This document shows, piece by piece, positions 46,713-55,640 of a DNA stretch of 64,000 bases. Both the position numbers and the translations under genes were made by a program. The notes under the pieces are model-generated. The model worked only from the letters and a program-made list of their open reading frames with translations. It did no database searches and had not been told where the DNA came from. Source of the stretch: Candidatus Aenigmatarchaeota archaeon. Lineage in GTDB: Archaea > Aenigmatarchaeota > Aenigmatarchaeia > CG10238-14 > SCSR01. Every line of letters starts with the position of its first letter. Position 1 is the stretch's first letter. Where the stretch lies: positions 608,001 through 672,000 of the forward strand of contig JAVZHQ010000001.1 of the NCBI GenBank assembly GCA_038998335.1, given 5' to 3'.

Positions 46713-46731
46713 CCAACTGAGCTACGAGGGC
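46713..46731 (-). repeat. Intron-less 5' fragment (nt 1-19) of tRNA-Asn upstream of the nuclease gene; attachment-scar-like
   Basis: GCCCTCGTAGCTCAGTTGG matches the spliced 5' end of the tRNA-Asn (16 nt identical, then TGG versus GG). Confidence 0.85.
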
Positions 46732-46781
46732 TTTTAAACTACTAATATATTATTAGAAAAAATTTTAAAAGTAAGTTTAAT

Positions 46782-47861
46782 CTAAGGTAAGAAATCCTTT
46801 TTCTCTATTTTTTCTGGCAAATAGTTTTCTGTTATAAATTTCAGGCCTTTTCCTGACAAAGCTTCCAACTCAGCTTTTATTTTCCTTTCAATCATAAGCT
46901 TAAGCTCTTTTTGCCAGACTGGATGTTTGAACCATTCATAATTCAACATTTCTTTTGCTCTTTTTATGTCAACCTCTTCTGCTTTTATAGTAAAATCTTT
47001 TAAACCAAACTTATCTATGTCGCTTATCGTTAAACCTAAAAATTTTGCGTTTGGTGTACCAAGTCTGTCAGAAACATGAGCTAAGCTCATCGAGCCATAT
47101 TTTATAACCGAATAAATGTACCAACCGTAACTGTCTGCATCAGTAAAAACATAAACTGGAAGGTTAAACTCTGTAGCCAATCTTTGAATTAATCTTCTTG
47201 TCCCTCTTGCAGCCTGACCTTGAGTTGTGACTAAAATACACTTGTGTTTTTTCCAAAACTTATCCTCATGCAACCTTTCAAAAGCTGCGTTCTTTTCTAT
47301 AACAAGAATAAAATTAGCGTTAACTTTTTTAAATTCTAAATCTTCTACGTTGCTTGGGATAGCCCAACCCCCTGAACCAAGCTTTGACCAATCAATAGTG
47401 TCTCCTCTATCTCTAATTATCACATCACCTACAACCCTTCCTCTTACGTCAGCGTTTAAATGTAGCTGTTCTCTTAAAACATCTAGCATAACTTCTAAAT
47501 CAACAACTATAGGATCACTTTCATTTTGTTCGTTGAACGTGTTTTCCTGAGAGTTTGGTAAAGTTCTTTTCAAGGCATAAAACAAATCCCTTAGGCTTGT
47601 ATGAAGGTTTTGCTCTAGTAATTCCTTACAAAAAGCAGCAACTAACATAGTTTGCATAAATTTCTTTGCATGTCCAGTGTGAAACAAAAATCTTTTTGCA
47701 GTTTTTTCTCCTAAGGTTAGCATTCCTGTTTTTTTATCGTAAATAATATTAGAAAGTGAACGAATAGGAACTTCTATGTTTGGGTTCTCTTTTTTCTCTA
47801 TATCACTTAGAACTTTTTTCCCTAAATCTTCAAGTTTTTTCTTCGTTTCTTTCATTTCCAA
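46782..47861 (-). CDS. top6A: DNA topoisomerase VI subunit A
   Basis: SLRDLFY (catalytic Tyr), IEK.AAF.RL, D.DSYG and KAELEAL motifs. Confidence 0.96.
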   Translation of the reverse strand: MEMKETKKKLEDLGKKVLSDIEKKENPNIEVPIRSLSNIIYDKKTGMLTLGEKTAKRFLFHTGHAKKFMQTMLVAAFCKELLEQNLHTSLRDLFYALKRTLPNSQENTFNEQNESDPIVVDLEVMLDVLREQLHLNADVRGRVVGDVIIRDRGDTIDWSKLGSGGWAIPSNVEDLEFKKVNANFILVIEKNAAFERLHEDKFWKKHKCILVTTQGQAARGTRRLIQRLATEFNLPVYVFTDADSYGWYIYSVIKYGSMSLAHVSDRLGTPNAKFLGLTISDIDKFGLKDFTIKAEEVDIKRAKEMLNYEWFKHPVWQKELKLMIERKIKAELEALSGKGLKFITENYLPEKIEKKDFLP

Positions 47862-49497
47862 CTACCTCTTTTAAAGTTGTCTGCTTTACCTTTTTAATTT
47901 TTTCCTCTTGCTTTTCTTTTTCAATTTCTTCTTCAGCTTTACTTTCCATTTCCTCTATTGTTAAGTCAACTTTTTTCTTTATCATTTCTTCCAATTTCTT
48001 CAAAATAGTTTTGTAATCTTTATTTGTAAGTTTTGCCACCGCTCTTGCAACTTCTGGCACATACCTTTCAAATATTTGTCTTCTTAAAAGCCTTTCTCTT
48101 GCTTTTCTCTTTTGTCTTATATAGCTTGCAAGCTTCCTTCCTGCATCTTGTAAAGCAAGTTTTATTTCTTTAACAATTTCTGGATAGTTAGCTATTGCCT
48201 GCTTTCCTTCAGAAGTAAAAGGAACCCAAACAGAAGCAAAATGAACAAGAATTGCTAAAGGTCCTACAGGTAAAGAGCCTGCTGATTGTTGTAAGCCATA
48301 TCTTCTCCAATCAACTTCTGCTATTGCTTCTGTTATTGCACAATCTCCTTGATGGTAAAGTAAAGGAACCTTATTCGCAAACCTTAAAATTTTTGCAGTT
48401 TCATTTTCTTGTAACTTTCCTCCATAGGCTAAACCACATTCAACTAAAAATGGATAACCTCTATAAACTGTTGGTGGTCTAGAAACAGCAACATAATACT
48501 CAGCCTCTATTTCTTTTTTCAAACCCTCCTCTATTAACTTTTCTGTTAGCGGAGATAGACAATTTGTTGGTGGAGACATAAGCTTAACCATTTGCATAGC
48601 TTTATGTAACTTTTCAGATTCTTCTGGAGTAAGGTCTTGTGGTTTTCTGTTGAGTTCAATTTTTGCTAGCTTACAAATTTGTTCTGCAGAATTTTTTCCA
48701 ACTCTGCAGAACTCTGTTGTCAAAAAGCTAAGCATATTCTTTGCTTTTGTATCCTTAAGCATTCTTCTCAAAATCCCAAGCTCAACGCCATAAGGATGAG
48801 GTTTAATTTCTTTTGGTTGGGCAGGAATTTCGTTAATTGTTCTTTCAAACTCTATTTTTCCGTTTGGACCATCAAAAATGATACGAGCATAAGGATTGAC
48901 TATTGCTGTTTGTTTTATGTATTCTAAAACGGAAGGTGGTTTTTCTGTGTACCTTCCTTCTATTTCCATCTCTATTCTTACACCATGCCATTTTTTTGAA
49001 TTTTTTTCTTTCTTGAAAGAAATTATGTGAGGCTCATTTTTTGCAACGTCTATCATAAGTTCAAAAATTGTAATATCTTTGCCTGTGCTTGTAATAATTT
49101 TTGTTGGTTTGCCTGTAGTTAATTGAGAATATAGAATTGCACCATGGATGCCTAAACCTTGAACTCCTCGACTTTGTCTAAGCCTATGGAACTTACTTCC
49201 GTACAAAAACTTACCAAAAGCATAAGGTACTTTTGATTCAACTACTCCTGGGCCGTTATCTTCAACTATAACTTTAAACCTATCGATGCCAACTTGCTTA
49301 ACTGAAACATAAATTTCTGGTAAAATGTTTGCTTCATTGGTGGCATCTAACGCGTTATCTAAAGCCTCTTTTACTACTGTAATCAAACTTTTTGTTGGAT
49401 TTTCATAACCTAACAAATGCCTATTTTTCTCGAAAAATTCTGCTACACTAACTTCTCTCATTTCCTTTGCCATTTTTTCAGCAATACTCTCTTCCAT
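47830..49497 (-). CDS. top6B: DNA topoisomerase VI subunit B
   Basis: EFFEKNRHLLG, KEALDNALDA, EDNGPG, GSKFH...RGVQGLG and RFANKVPLLY motifs. Confidence 0.97.
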   Translation of the reverse strand: MEESIAEKMAKEMREVSVAEFFEKNRHLLGYENPTKSLITVVKEALDNALDATNEANILPEIYVSVKQVGIDRFKVIVEDNGPGVVESKVPYAFGKFLYGSKFHRLRQSRGVQGLGIHGAILYSQLTTGKPTKIITSTGKDITIFELMIDVAKNEPHIISFKKEKNSKKWHGVRIEMEIEGRYTEKPPSVLEYIKQTAIVNPYARIIFDGPNGKIEFERTINEIPAQPKEIKPHPYGVELGILRRMLKDTKAKNMLSFLTTEFCRVGKNSAEQICKLAKIELNRKPQDLTPEESEKLHKAMQMVKLMSPPTNCLSPLTEKLIEEGLKKEIEAEYYVAVSRPPTVYRGYPFLVECGLAYGGKLQENETAKILRFANKVPLLYHQGDCAITEAIAEVDWRRYGLQQSAGSLPVGPLAILVHFASVWVPFTSEGKQAIANYPEIVKEIKLALQDAGRKLASYIRQKRKARERLLRRQIFERYVPEVARAVAKLTNKDYKTILKKLEEMIKKKVDLTIEEMESKAEEEIEKEKQEEKIKKVKQTTLKEVVGNERNEEKT

Positions 49498-49501
49498 TTT
49501 A

Positions 49502-49996
49502 TCATGCCCTTTGTTTTTCTAGAAACCTATAAACTGAGGAATGTAAGCTTCCTGACAAAAGCATTTCTATTGCTTTTTTTGCAATCATTATTTTGTCCCA
49601 CTTTCCTATTATACTTATTGTTTTTCCATAGATTGAAATTTTAACGTCAGCATACTTTTCAATTAACTTTTTGGTTTTTCCTTCTGTTCCTATAACCCTT
49701 CCTCTTAAGGTTATCATTCTATTTCTAGACTTTTTTGAATAATCTTTTATGTCAATTATCTCAAGGTAATAGTCTTCGTCTAAAAGGTTAAGAGCAACGT
49801 TAAAATCAAAACCTCTTCCAAAAGCTTTCAAAACTTCCTTTATTCTCATAAGCCTTAGAGGATCTTCGCACTCTATCGAAATTTCTTCGTTTATTTCAAT
49901 TTTTGAATCAGTAAATTTTTCAAGTTGTTCTATAAGCTTCTTGTTTTTTCTCAAAATTTTTAACCTTTCTTCTGGAATTGCTATGTAATCTATCAT
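49502..49996 (-). CDS. KH-domain RNA-processing protein (Dim2/Pno1-like)
   Basis: AFGRGF, GRVIGTEGKTK and H.SVYRFL motifs; conserved rio1-KH-top6 gene order. Confidence 0.92.
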   Translation of the reverse strand: MIDYIAIPEERLKILRKNKKLIEQLEKFTDSKIEINEEISIECEDPLRLMRIKEVLKAFGRGFDFNVALNLLDEDYYLEIIDIKDYSKKSRNRMITLRGRVIGTEGKTKKLIEKYADVKISIYGKTISIIGKWDKIMIAKKAIEMLLSGSLHSSVYRFLEKQRA

Positions 49997-50727
49997 TTTT
50001 TCATCAACTCCAAAAGCTCTCCAAAAATTTTTTGCTCATCTTTCACTTTAACTCCAACCTTTTTGAAGTATGAATTAATATTTTTTATATCTCTAAGTAA
50101 AAATTCTTTTGCTAAAGGGTGAGAATGAGGCACAGCCTGACTAAAATCTATTAGGTAAGGCTTTTCAAAGATTAGGATATTGTAAGGACTTATGTCTGAA
50201 TGAATCAAGCCTGAGCTAACAATTTTTCTTAATTCTTCAAGAAGAAGGTTGTAAATATAATCTGCATCCTCAAGCTCAAGTTGAGTATCAATTAACCTTG
50301 GTGCTAGGTTTCCATTTTCTCCTATAAACTCTAAAACCAAAACATTTTCCTCTAGAGCAATAGGCTTAGGGCAGCTTACTTGAGCTTCGTAAGCTATTTT
50401 TAAATTCTTAAACTCTCTCTTTGCCCAATTAAGAACAACAGCTCTTCTACTTTTTTTAACGTTAAAAAATCTTGGGTCGCCAACCAAATACTTCCACATG
50501 CTTTTAAAATCGCAATACTCGTAGCGATAAACTTTAAGAGCAAGCCAATTGTTATTCTTATCTTTTGCTGATAGTACTACAGACTCCTTACCTTCCTTGG
50601 CTATACTTTCAACAGTTTTAACTATTCCTTTGTTCAAAAGTCTGTATAAAGCCATTAAAGTTCTTTCGTCAAAAATTTTTCTTTCTATCTTGAATTCTTT
50701 CACGTCTTCAAGTCTTATCTTTGGCAT
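49993..50727 (-). CDS. rio1: RIO1-family serine kinase
   Basis: GKES.V, WAKREFKNL, IHSDISPYNIL and IDFSQAV motifs. Confidence 0.93.
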   Translation of the reverse strand: MPKIRLEDVKEFKIERKIFDERTLMALYRLLNKGIVKTVESIAKEGKESVVLSAKDKNNNWLALKVYRYEYCDFKSMWKYLVGDPRFFNVKKSRRAVVLNWAKREFKNLKIAYEAQVSCPKPIALEENVLVLEFIGENGNLAPRLIDTQLELEDADYIYNLLLEELRKIVSSGLIHSDISPYNILIFEKPYLIDFSQAVPHSHPLAKEFLLRDIKNINSYFKKVGVKVKDEQKIFGELLELMKK

Positions 50728-50768
50728 ATCATCACTAATTAGGTTTAGAAAAAATAAAAATTAGGAAA

Positions 50769-51095
50769 TTATTCAATAGAAATACTCTTAACAAAACCTT
50801 TTCTTTTAAGCCAGTTTGCTTGAGTAGGGGTATACCTAAAAATTATATCCCCTCTTTCGTTGCTTTGAACATTCCAAGGCTGGATTAAAATTAAATCTCC
50901 AACTTTTATCCAAACTCTTTTTCTTAGCCTACCGGGAATTCTGCATATTCTTGTATTACCGTCATCACACTTTGCTTTAACTTTATCAGCCCCCAACATC
51001 ATCTCAACAACTCCTAAAACTTCACCTTCTCTTGGGATTCTTATTCTTGCTACCTCTAGCTCCTCTGGCGTAGGCTGATACTTTTTCTTACCCAT
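50769..51095 (-). CDS. eif1a: Translation initiation factor aIF-1A
   Basis: C.DG.TR.CRIPGRLRKRVWI..GD...PW motif. Confidence 0.95.
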   Translation of the reverse strand: MGKKKYQPTPEELEVARIRIPREGEVLGVVEMMLGADKVKAKCDDGNTRICRIPGRLRKRVWIKVGDLILIQPWNVQSNERGDIIFRYTPTQANWLKRKGFVKSISIE

Positions 51096-51773
51096 TCAAT
51101 CACTTAATGAAATTAGTATCGTATCTCTATAAACCTTTTTTCCTTTAATTCTTCCTGCAAATTTTCTAGAAATTTTAATTTTCGCTTTGTATTTTCTCTT
51201 AATGTTTTGAGCTACTTGATGAGCAACTTTTTTTGAACCTATGAAAATATCAAAACCTCTTTTCTGTTTTTCTGTTTTTGAAATAAAAGAAAGGTTATCA
51301 TAACTTCTAAAAAAATCGACAAGATTTTCTATATCTTTGGAAATATTTTCTAAAAGATTTTCAGGAGCTCTAACTTGCAAAATTGCTTGATAATAGCCTA
51401 AGGATTTTAAAGAGCAAGAATTGCAAGTAATGTTTTTTACAATTAGCTGAGATTCTTTTTCTTCTGCTTTTTCTAAATTTTCAACTTTGAAGTTTAAAGT
51501 TATGCTAACTTTATTGTTGTAAATTCTGTAATTAATTGATTGAATTTTATTTTCTTCTAAAATTCTAGCAAGCATTTCACCTACAGCCTCTTCTAAATTT
51601 TCAAAAGCTTTTTCATCGTAGAAAAATTTTTCACAAGACTTACATTTTCTAATTATAATTTTTTCTGGAATCTTTTCAAGAAAAGAGATTTTTTCTAGAA
51701 AACAATCTCTACACAAATTCTCATAAAACTTTTCTGTTTCTTTTCCACACTTAGGGCAAAATCTTTTTACCAT
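51096..51773 (-). CDS. nmd3: NMD3-family protein
   Basis: Zn-binding CxxC motifs (CPKCG, CRDC, CKSC, CNSC); YYQAILQVR. Confidence 0.88.
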   Translation of the reverse strand: MVKRFCPKCGKETEKFYENLCRDCFLEKISFLEKIPEKIIIRKCKSCEKFFYDEKAFENLEEAVGEMLARILEENKIQSINYRIYNNKVSITLNFKVENLEKAEEKESQLIVKNITCNSCSLKSLGYYQAILQVRAPENLLENISKDIENLVDFFRSYDNLSFISKTEKQKRGFDIFIGSKKVAHQVAQNIKRKYKAKIKISRKFAGRIKGKKVYRDTILISLSD

Positions 51774-51782
51774 AATTAAAAC

Positions 51783-52691
51783 TTATTTTTTACTTAAAAG
51801 AACTACTCTGCTTGCTAAGTCTTCGTCTTTTATTTCATAGCTTGTGTGAAAAGAAAGTTCTTTTGCAAAATTTCTTATATCTTCCATAGAGGGCATAGCT
51901 TCTTTTGGTAATCTTTTTTGACTTTCACCAACCCACATGTATGCTTTAACTTCGAAAAAATTTGGTTCTGCTTTCAAAATTAGTTTTGCGTATTTTTCCG
52001 GTTCTTTTAAATTGAGGTTTTTAACTAAAGTTAACCTAATAACTTTTCTACAACTAAAACTTTTCATCAATTCCAAGCTTTCATTTAACCTTTTCCAGCC
52101 ATCAGGAATTAAAGGATTGTGAACTTCAAGATAAGTTTTTTCATCAGGAGAGCATAAACTAATATAAAGTTGAGTTGGTTCCTCCTCAAGAGAAGAAAGT
52201 CTTTCTGGTCTAGTTCCATTAGTTACCAGAAAAGTCGTCATTTTTCTTTTGTGAAATTCTTCTATAAGTTCAGAAATTCTTGGGTAAAGTGTTGGTTCGC
52301 CTGCCAAGCTTATGGCTGCATGAGTTGGTTTATTAGCTTCTTCCCACTTCTTTTTATCAACTTTTTCAAAACCTTTGAAACCTGTTAACAATAATCTTCT
52401 TGCTTCTATGCATCCGTCTACAATTTCTTTTGGTTCGTCAGGCTTTGGTTCGCCTAAAACAGTAAATTCAAGGGGACGCCAACAGAATTTGCATTTGTGA
52501 GTGCACCAAATTAAAGCTGGTGTCATTTCTAGGCAACGATGAGATTTGATTCCATAAAACTTTTCCTTATAGCAAACCCTTCCTCTTCTCAAACTTTCTT
52601 TTGTCCAGTGGCAAACCTCAACTGCTGAATGATTCCCAACTATTCTATAGCCTGCTTTGAAAAATCTTTCTTTTGCTTCTTCTGAAATCAT
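51783..52691 (-). CDS. taw1: Radical SAM 4-demethylwyosine synthase (Taw1/TYW1)
   Basis: HSAVEVCHWT, CYKEKFYGI.SHRC, CTHKCKFCWRP and SLAGEPT motifs; start reset to the ATG at 52691 because the longer ORF overlaps tRNA-Thr. Confidence 0.93.
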   Translation of the reverse strand: MISEEAKERFFKAGYRIVGNHSAVEVCHWTKESLRRGRVCYKEKFYGIKSHRCLEMTPALIWCTHKCKFCWRPLEFTVLGEPKPDEPKEIVDGCIEARRLLLTGFKGFEKVDKKKWEEANKPTHAAISLAGEPTLYPRISELIEEFHKRKMTTFLVTNGTRPERLSSLEEEPTQLYISLCSPDEKTYLEVHNPLIPDGWKRLNESLELMKSFSCRKVIRLTLVKNLNLKEPEKYAKLILKAEPNFFEVKAYMWVGESQKRLPKEAMPSMEDIRNFAKELSFHTSYEIKDEDLASRVVLLSKK

Positions 52692-52747
52692 AATCTCACA
52701 ACTATAAAGTTTAAAAAGTAAAAATTTATATAAAGAGTTTAGTTTAA

Positions 52748-52820
52748 GCCCCGGTAGCTCAGCTGGTAGAGCATCTGACTTGTAATCAGAGGGTCGGGGG
52801 TTCAAATCCCCCCCGGGGCT
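52748..52820 (+). tRNA. tRNA-Thr(TGT), intronless
   Basis: GCCCCGG/CCGGGGC acceptor; TCTGA-CTTGTAA-TCAGA; T loop TTCAAAT. Confidence 0.95.
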
Positions 52821-52857
52821 TGAAATACTTAAGTTCTTAATTCTCCAGAATAAGAAT

Positions 52858-53682
52858 ATGGAGTTAGTCGGTCTAAAAATTGGCGGTTCTATAGCTACTT
52901 ACAAAAATGTTGAGGGCTTTCCTTTAAGCTATGAAGAAATTAAAGAAAAAGCTTTGAATTACATAAGAGAAGAAAATTTAAGGAGAATCGGAGAGGAAGA
53001 AATTCTTCCTGTTTTAGATAAAATTTCACTTTTTATTGGCCTAGGAGTAGGACCTTTTGGTCATTATTTGGTTGAAAACTGGAAAAAATTGGAAGATAAA
53101 GAAGTAGTTCATAAATCTGTTTCTTACTATTGCAAAATTTCTACGAAAATTTTGAAAGAAGTAGGTTTGCCTGTAAGCTATGAAGAAAAATTTTCACCAA
53201 GAAGAACTTGTTATTATGAAAATGGAAGATTGAATGTAGAGAAATTGGAAGATTGGGTTTCTGGAGAAATTGAAAAAGGAAGAATACCAGTTTTCCATGG
53301 GGATATGATTCCTTGCAAAGGAAAAAAAGGTTTTGATGGTTTAGATGTTTTATCTGCTGATCGAGCTCTACCAAAAATTGCTATAGAATTAAAAGCAAGA
53401 AGAATCGTTGCTGCAACTTGTGAGGATGGCTTATACACAGAAGATCCAAGAAAAAATCCTCAAGCTAAATTCATTCCTTTGATAAGAGTGAATGAAGAAA
53501 TTAAATTGAAAAAAGATAAAGGAAAGGGAGATGTAACAGGAAGGATGCCTCAAAAACTTGAAGAATTAAAAAAAGCTGCAAAGTTTGGAATAGAAGCAAG
53601 GATTGTTAATGGTCTAGTAAAAGGAAGGATAAGAAAAGCGTTGATTGGAGAAAATTGTAAGTGTACCTTAATACTTCCCTAG
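52858..53682 (+). CDS. Amino-acid-kinase family protein, likely isopentenyl phosphate kinase
   Basis: KIGGS, G.GPFGH (IPK His), PVFHGD, SAD and DVTG.M..K motifs; adjacent to GGR and uppS. Confidence 0.75.
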   Translation: MELVGLKIGGSIATYKNVEGFPLSYEEIKEKALNYIREENLRRIGEEEILPVLDKISLFIGLGVGPFGHYLVENWKKLEDKEVVHKSVSYYCKISTKILKEVGLPVSYEEKFSPRRTCYYENGRLNVEKLEDWVSGEIEKGRIPVFHGDMIPCKGKKGFDGLDVLSADRALPKIAIELKARRIVAATCEDGLYTEDPRKNPQAKFIPLIRVNEEIKLKKDKGKGDVTGRMPQKLEELKKAAKFGIEARIVNGLVKGRIRKALIGENCKCTLILP

Positions 53683-54708
53683 CAAATCCATGTTTAAAAA
53701 ATAAGCAAGTTTGTAAAGTTTAAGGTTGAGAAAAATATCAAAAAGGATTTTGTTTCCTGAAAAACGAGAAAAAATTTTTTTCAAAATCAAACCTTTTCTT
53801 ATAGGCCAAGCTAATTCTTTCTTCCATTTTTTCTCGTAATTTTCTAAGAAAAAGCTTTCAGAAAAATCATTTTCTTCCAAAGCTTTTACGCAAGCTTTTG
53901 CTGCATACTCTGCTCCAATCTTTCCATAAACTAAACCACCAGCTGAAAAAGGTTTAATTTGACAAGCAGCATCTCCAACCAGCAAAGCATTATTTGTTAC
54001 AGATTTTTTAATAAGACCAATCCTTATAATATCTCCTAACTTATTTAATTTTTTTGTCTTGCCTACTCTTTCTTTCAAGAATTCTTCAAAACAAAGAACT
54101 GGATTTTCCTTTGTGATTAAACCAACTCTTGCAACTTTTTCACTTTCTGGAACAACCCAAGCAAAAAAATCTTTAGAAAACCTTTTATCAAACCAAAGCT
54201 CTACACAATCTTTTTCAAACTCAGAAAAAGCATTAACCTGTAAAGCGTAGAATAAATTTTTTGGTAATTCTAAACCCAAAGCTTTTGCAACGCTAGAATT
54301 TGGGCCATCAGCTCCTATCAAAATTTTCGTTTGATAGTTTCCTTGAGTAGTTATTACCTTAGAATTTTTGAAATCCAAAAATTTTGTGTTGAGTTTGAAT
54401 TTTGCTCCAGCTTCCTTTGCTTTCTCTGCCCTAAACTTGTCATATTTTTCCCTATCTATAACAAAAACTTTTTCTCTTGACTTGATCTCAAAACTTTTTT
54501 TAAAACAAAAGAACTTAGCTCTTTTTATTTTATTCAAGATTATTTCTTCAGGAATTTTTCCTATTCTTTCGCTTACTAAGCCTGTACACTGAACAGGCTT
54601 TCCAATTCCCTTATGCTCTTCTATTACCAAAACATCATAACCATGCTTTGCTATAAGCTCGCTAGCTATACAACCAGAAGGGCCTGCCCCTACTATAACA
54701 ACATCCAT
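53668..54708 (-). CDS. Geranylgeranyl reductase-family FAD oxidoreductase
   Basis: VVIVGAGPSG, GKPVQCTG, IGADG..S, FAWVVP and LVGDAA motifs. Confidence 0.88.
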   Translation of the reverse strand: MDVVIVGAGPSGCIASELIAKHGYDVLVIEEHKGIGKPVQCTGLVSERIGKIPEEIILNKIKRAKFFCFKKSFEIKSREKVFVIDREKYDKFRAEKAKEAGAKFKLNTKFLDFKNSKVITTQGNYQTKILIGADGPNSSVAKALGLELPKNLFYALQVNAFSEFEKDCVELWFDKRFSKDFFAWVVPESEKVARVGLITKENPVLCFEEFLKERVGKTKKLNKLGDIIRIGLIKKSVTNNALLVGDAACQIKPFSAGGLVYGKIGAEYAAKACVKALEENDFSESFFLENYEKKWKKELAWPIRKGLILKKIFSRFSGNKILFDIFLNLKLYKLAYFLNMDLLGKY

Positions 54709-54721
54709 TTAACCACAAGAA

Positions 54722-55438
54722 CTATTTCCCAAAATTTCTTTGGATTCTGCTGTACTTTTTGATACAGTTTATTAAATCTTGTTTGGTAAAATCTGGCCAA
54801 AGTTTTTTTAATGTTATTATCTCAGCATAACTTGCCTGTAAAAGCATAAAGTTTGAAAGTCTGTTATAGCCTCCTGTTCTTATGACTAAGTCAAGAGGAA
54901 CAGGAACTAGCAAGTTTTCTTGAATATCTTTTTCTGAAATCTCTATAGTTCCTTTTTCCAAGCATTTTTGAACTATTTTCTTAACAACTTCCTTTATTTC
55001 AAAATGACTTCCGTAAGCAACCAAAAGGTTAAGAAACCTTTTTTGATATTTTGCAGTTTTTTGCATGAGTTTTCCCATAAGCCTAACAAGCTTTTTTGGC
55101 AATCTGCTCAAATCACCAATAAACTTTACCCTTACCTCATACTTATCTAAAAAGCCATCTTTTTTCTTTTCCCATTTTTTCAAGTAGTTGTAGTAAATTC
55201 TGAAAAGCTCTTCAAGCTCACGTTTTGGTCTGTTTAAGTTTTCTGTTGAAAGAGTAAAAATTGAAACATGAGGAATGTTAAGCTCTAAACACCATTTCAG
55301 AAAATTCTCAAGAGTTTTTGCTCCGTAGCGATGACCGTACCAAGCAGGCATACCTCTTTTTTTTGCCCATCTTCTATTGCCATCAATTATTATACCAAGG
55401 TGATTTGGAATTATCAAGCCATTCGGCAAACTTTTCAC
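54722..55438 (-). CDS. uppS: Cis-polyprenyl diphosphate synthase
   Basis: HLGIIIDGNRRWA, STENLNR and DLVIRTGG..RLSNF motifs. Confidence 0.95.
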   Translation of the reverse strand: MKSLPNGLIIPNHLGIIIDGNRRWAKKRGMPAWYGHRYGAKTLENFLKWCLELNIPHVSIFTLSTENLNRPKRELEELFRIYYNYLKKWEKKKDGFLDKYEVRVKFIGDLSRLPKKLVRLMGKLMQKTAKYQKRFLNLLVAYGSHFEIKEVVKKIVQKCLEKGTIEISEKDIQENLLVPVPLDLVIRTGGYNRLSNFMLLQASYAEIITLKKLWPDFTKQDLINCIKKYSRIQRNFGK

Positions 55439-55523
55439 CTAATTTTAGATTTCATAGGTAAGCTTAAATAGATTTTAAGTTGAAAAATTTAAAAATTAAA
55501 TATTCTCTATAATTAATCTAAGT

Positions 55524-55633
55524 GGGGTTGTCAGCTAGTCTGGTTTAGGCTGGCAGGCTCCAGTTTATCTGGAGCTATGAAAAAAGATGAATGAAGAAAC
55601 CTGCTCACGTGGGTTCAAATCCCACCAACCCCA
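55524..55633 (+). tRNA. tRNA-Trp(CCA) with a 35-nt intron at 37/38 (55564-55598)
   Basis: GGGGTTG/CAACCCC acceptor; GCAGG-CTCCAG[intron]A-CCTGC; GTGGG-TTCAAAT-CCCAC. Confidence 0.9.
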
Positions 55634-55640
55634 TTTAAAC

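Larger units (their letters stand above)
45839..46731 (-). mobile_element. Putative tRNA-Asn-targeting nuclease cassette
   Basis: Bounded by a tRNA 5' fragment and a restored intron-containing tRNA; carries one nuclease ORF and no integrase. Confidence 0.55.

Noticed and set aside
45893-46713. One ~820-nt protein-coding tRNA-Asn intron joining the distal 5' fragment to the 3' part
   Set aside because: I could not build a BHB at the D-loop junctions, while the short 8/9 intron has a strict BHB and yields a complete tRNA. It is not fully excluded without RNA data.
52692-52805. N-terminal extension of the Taw1 ORF (MNPRPSDYKSDALPAELPG)
   Set aside because: This is the antisense translation of tRNA-Thr.
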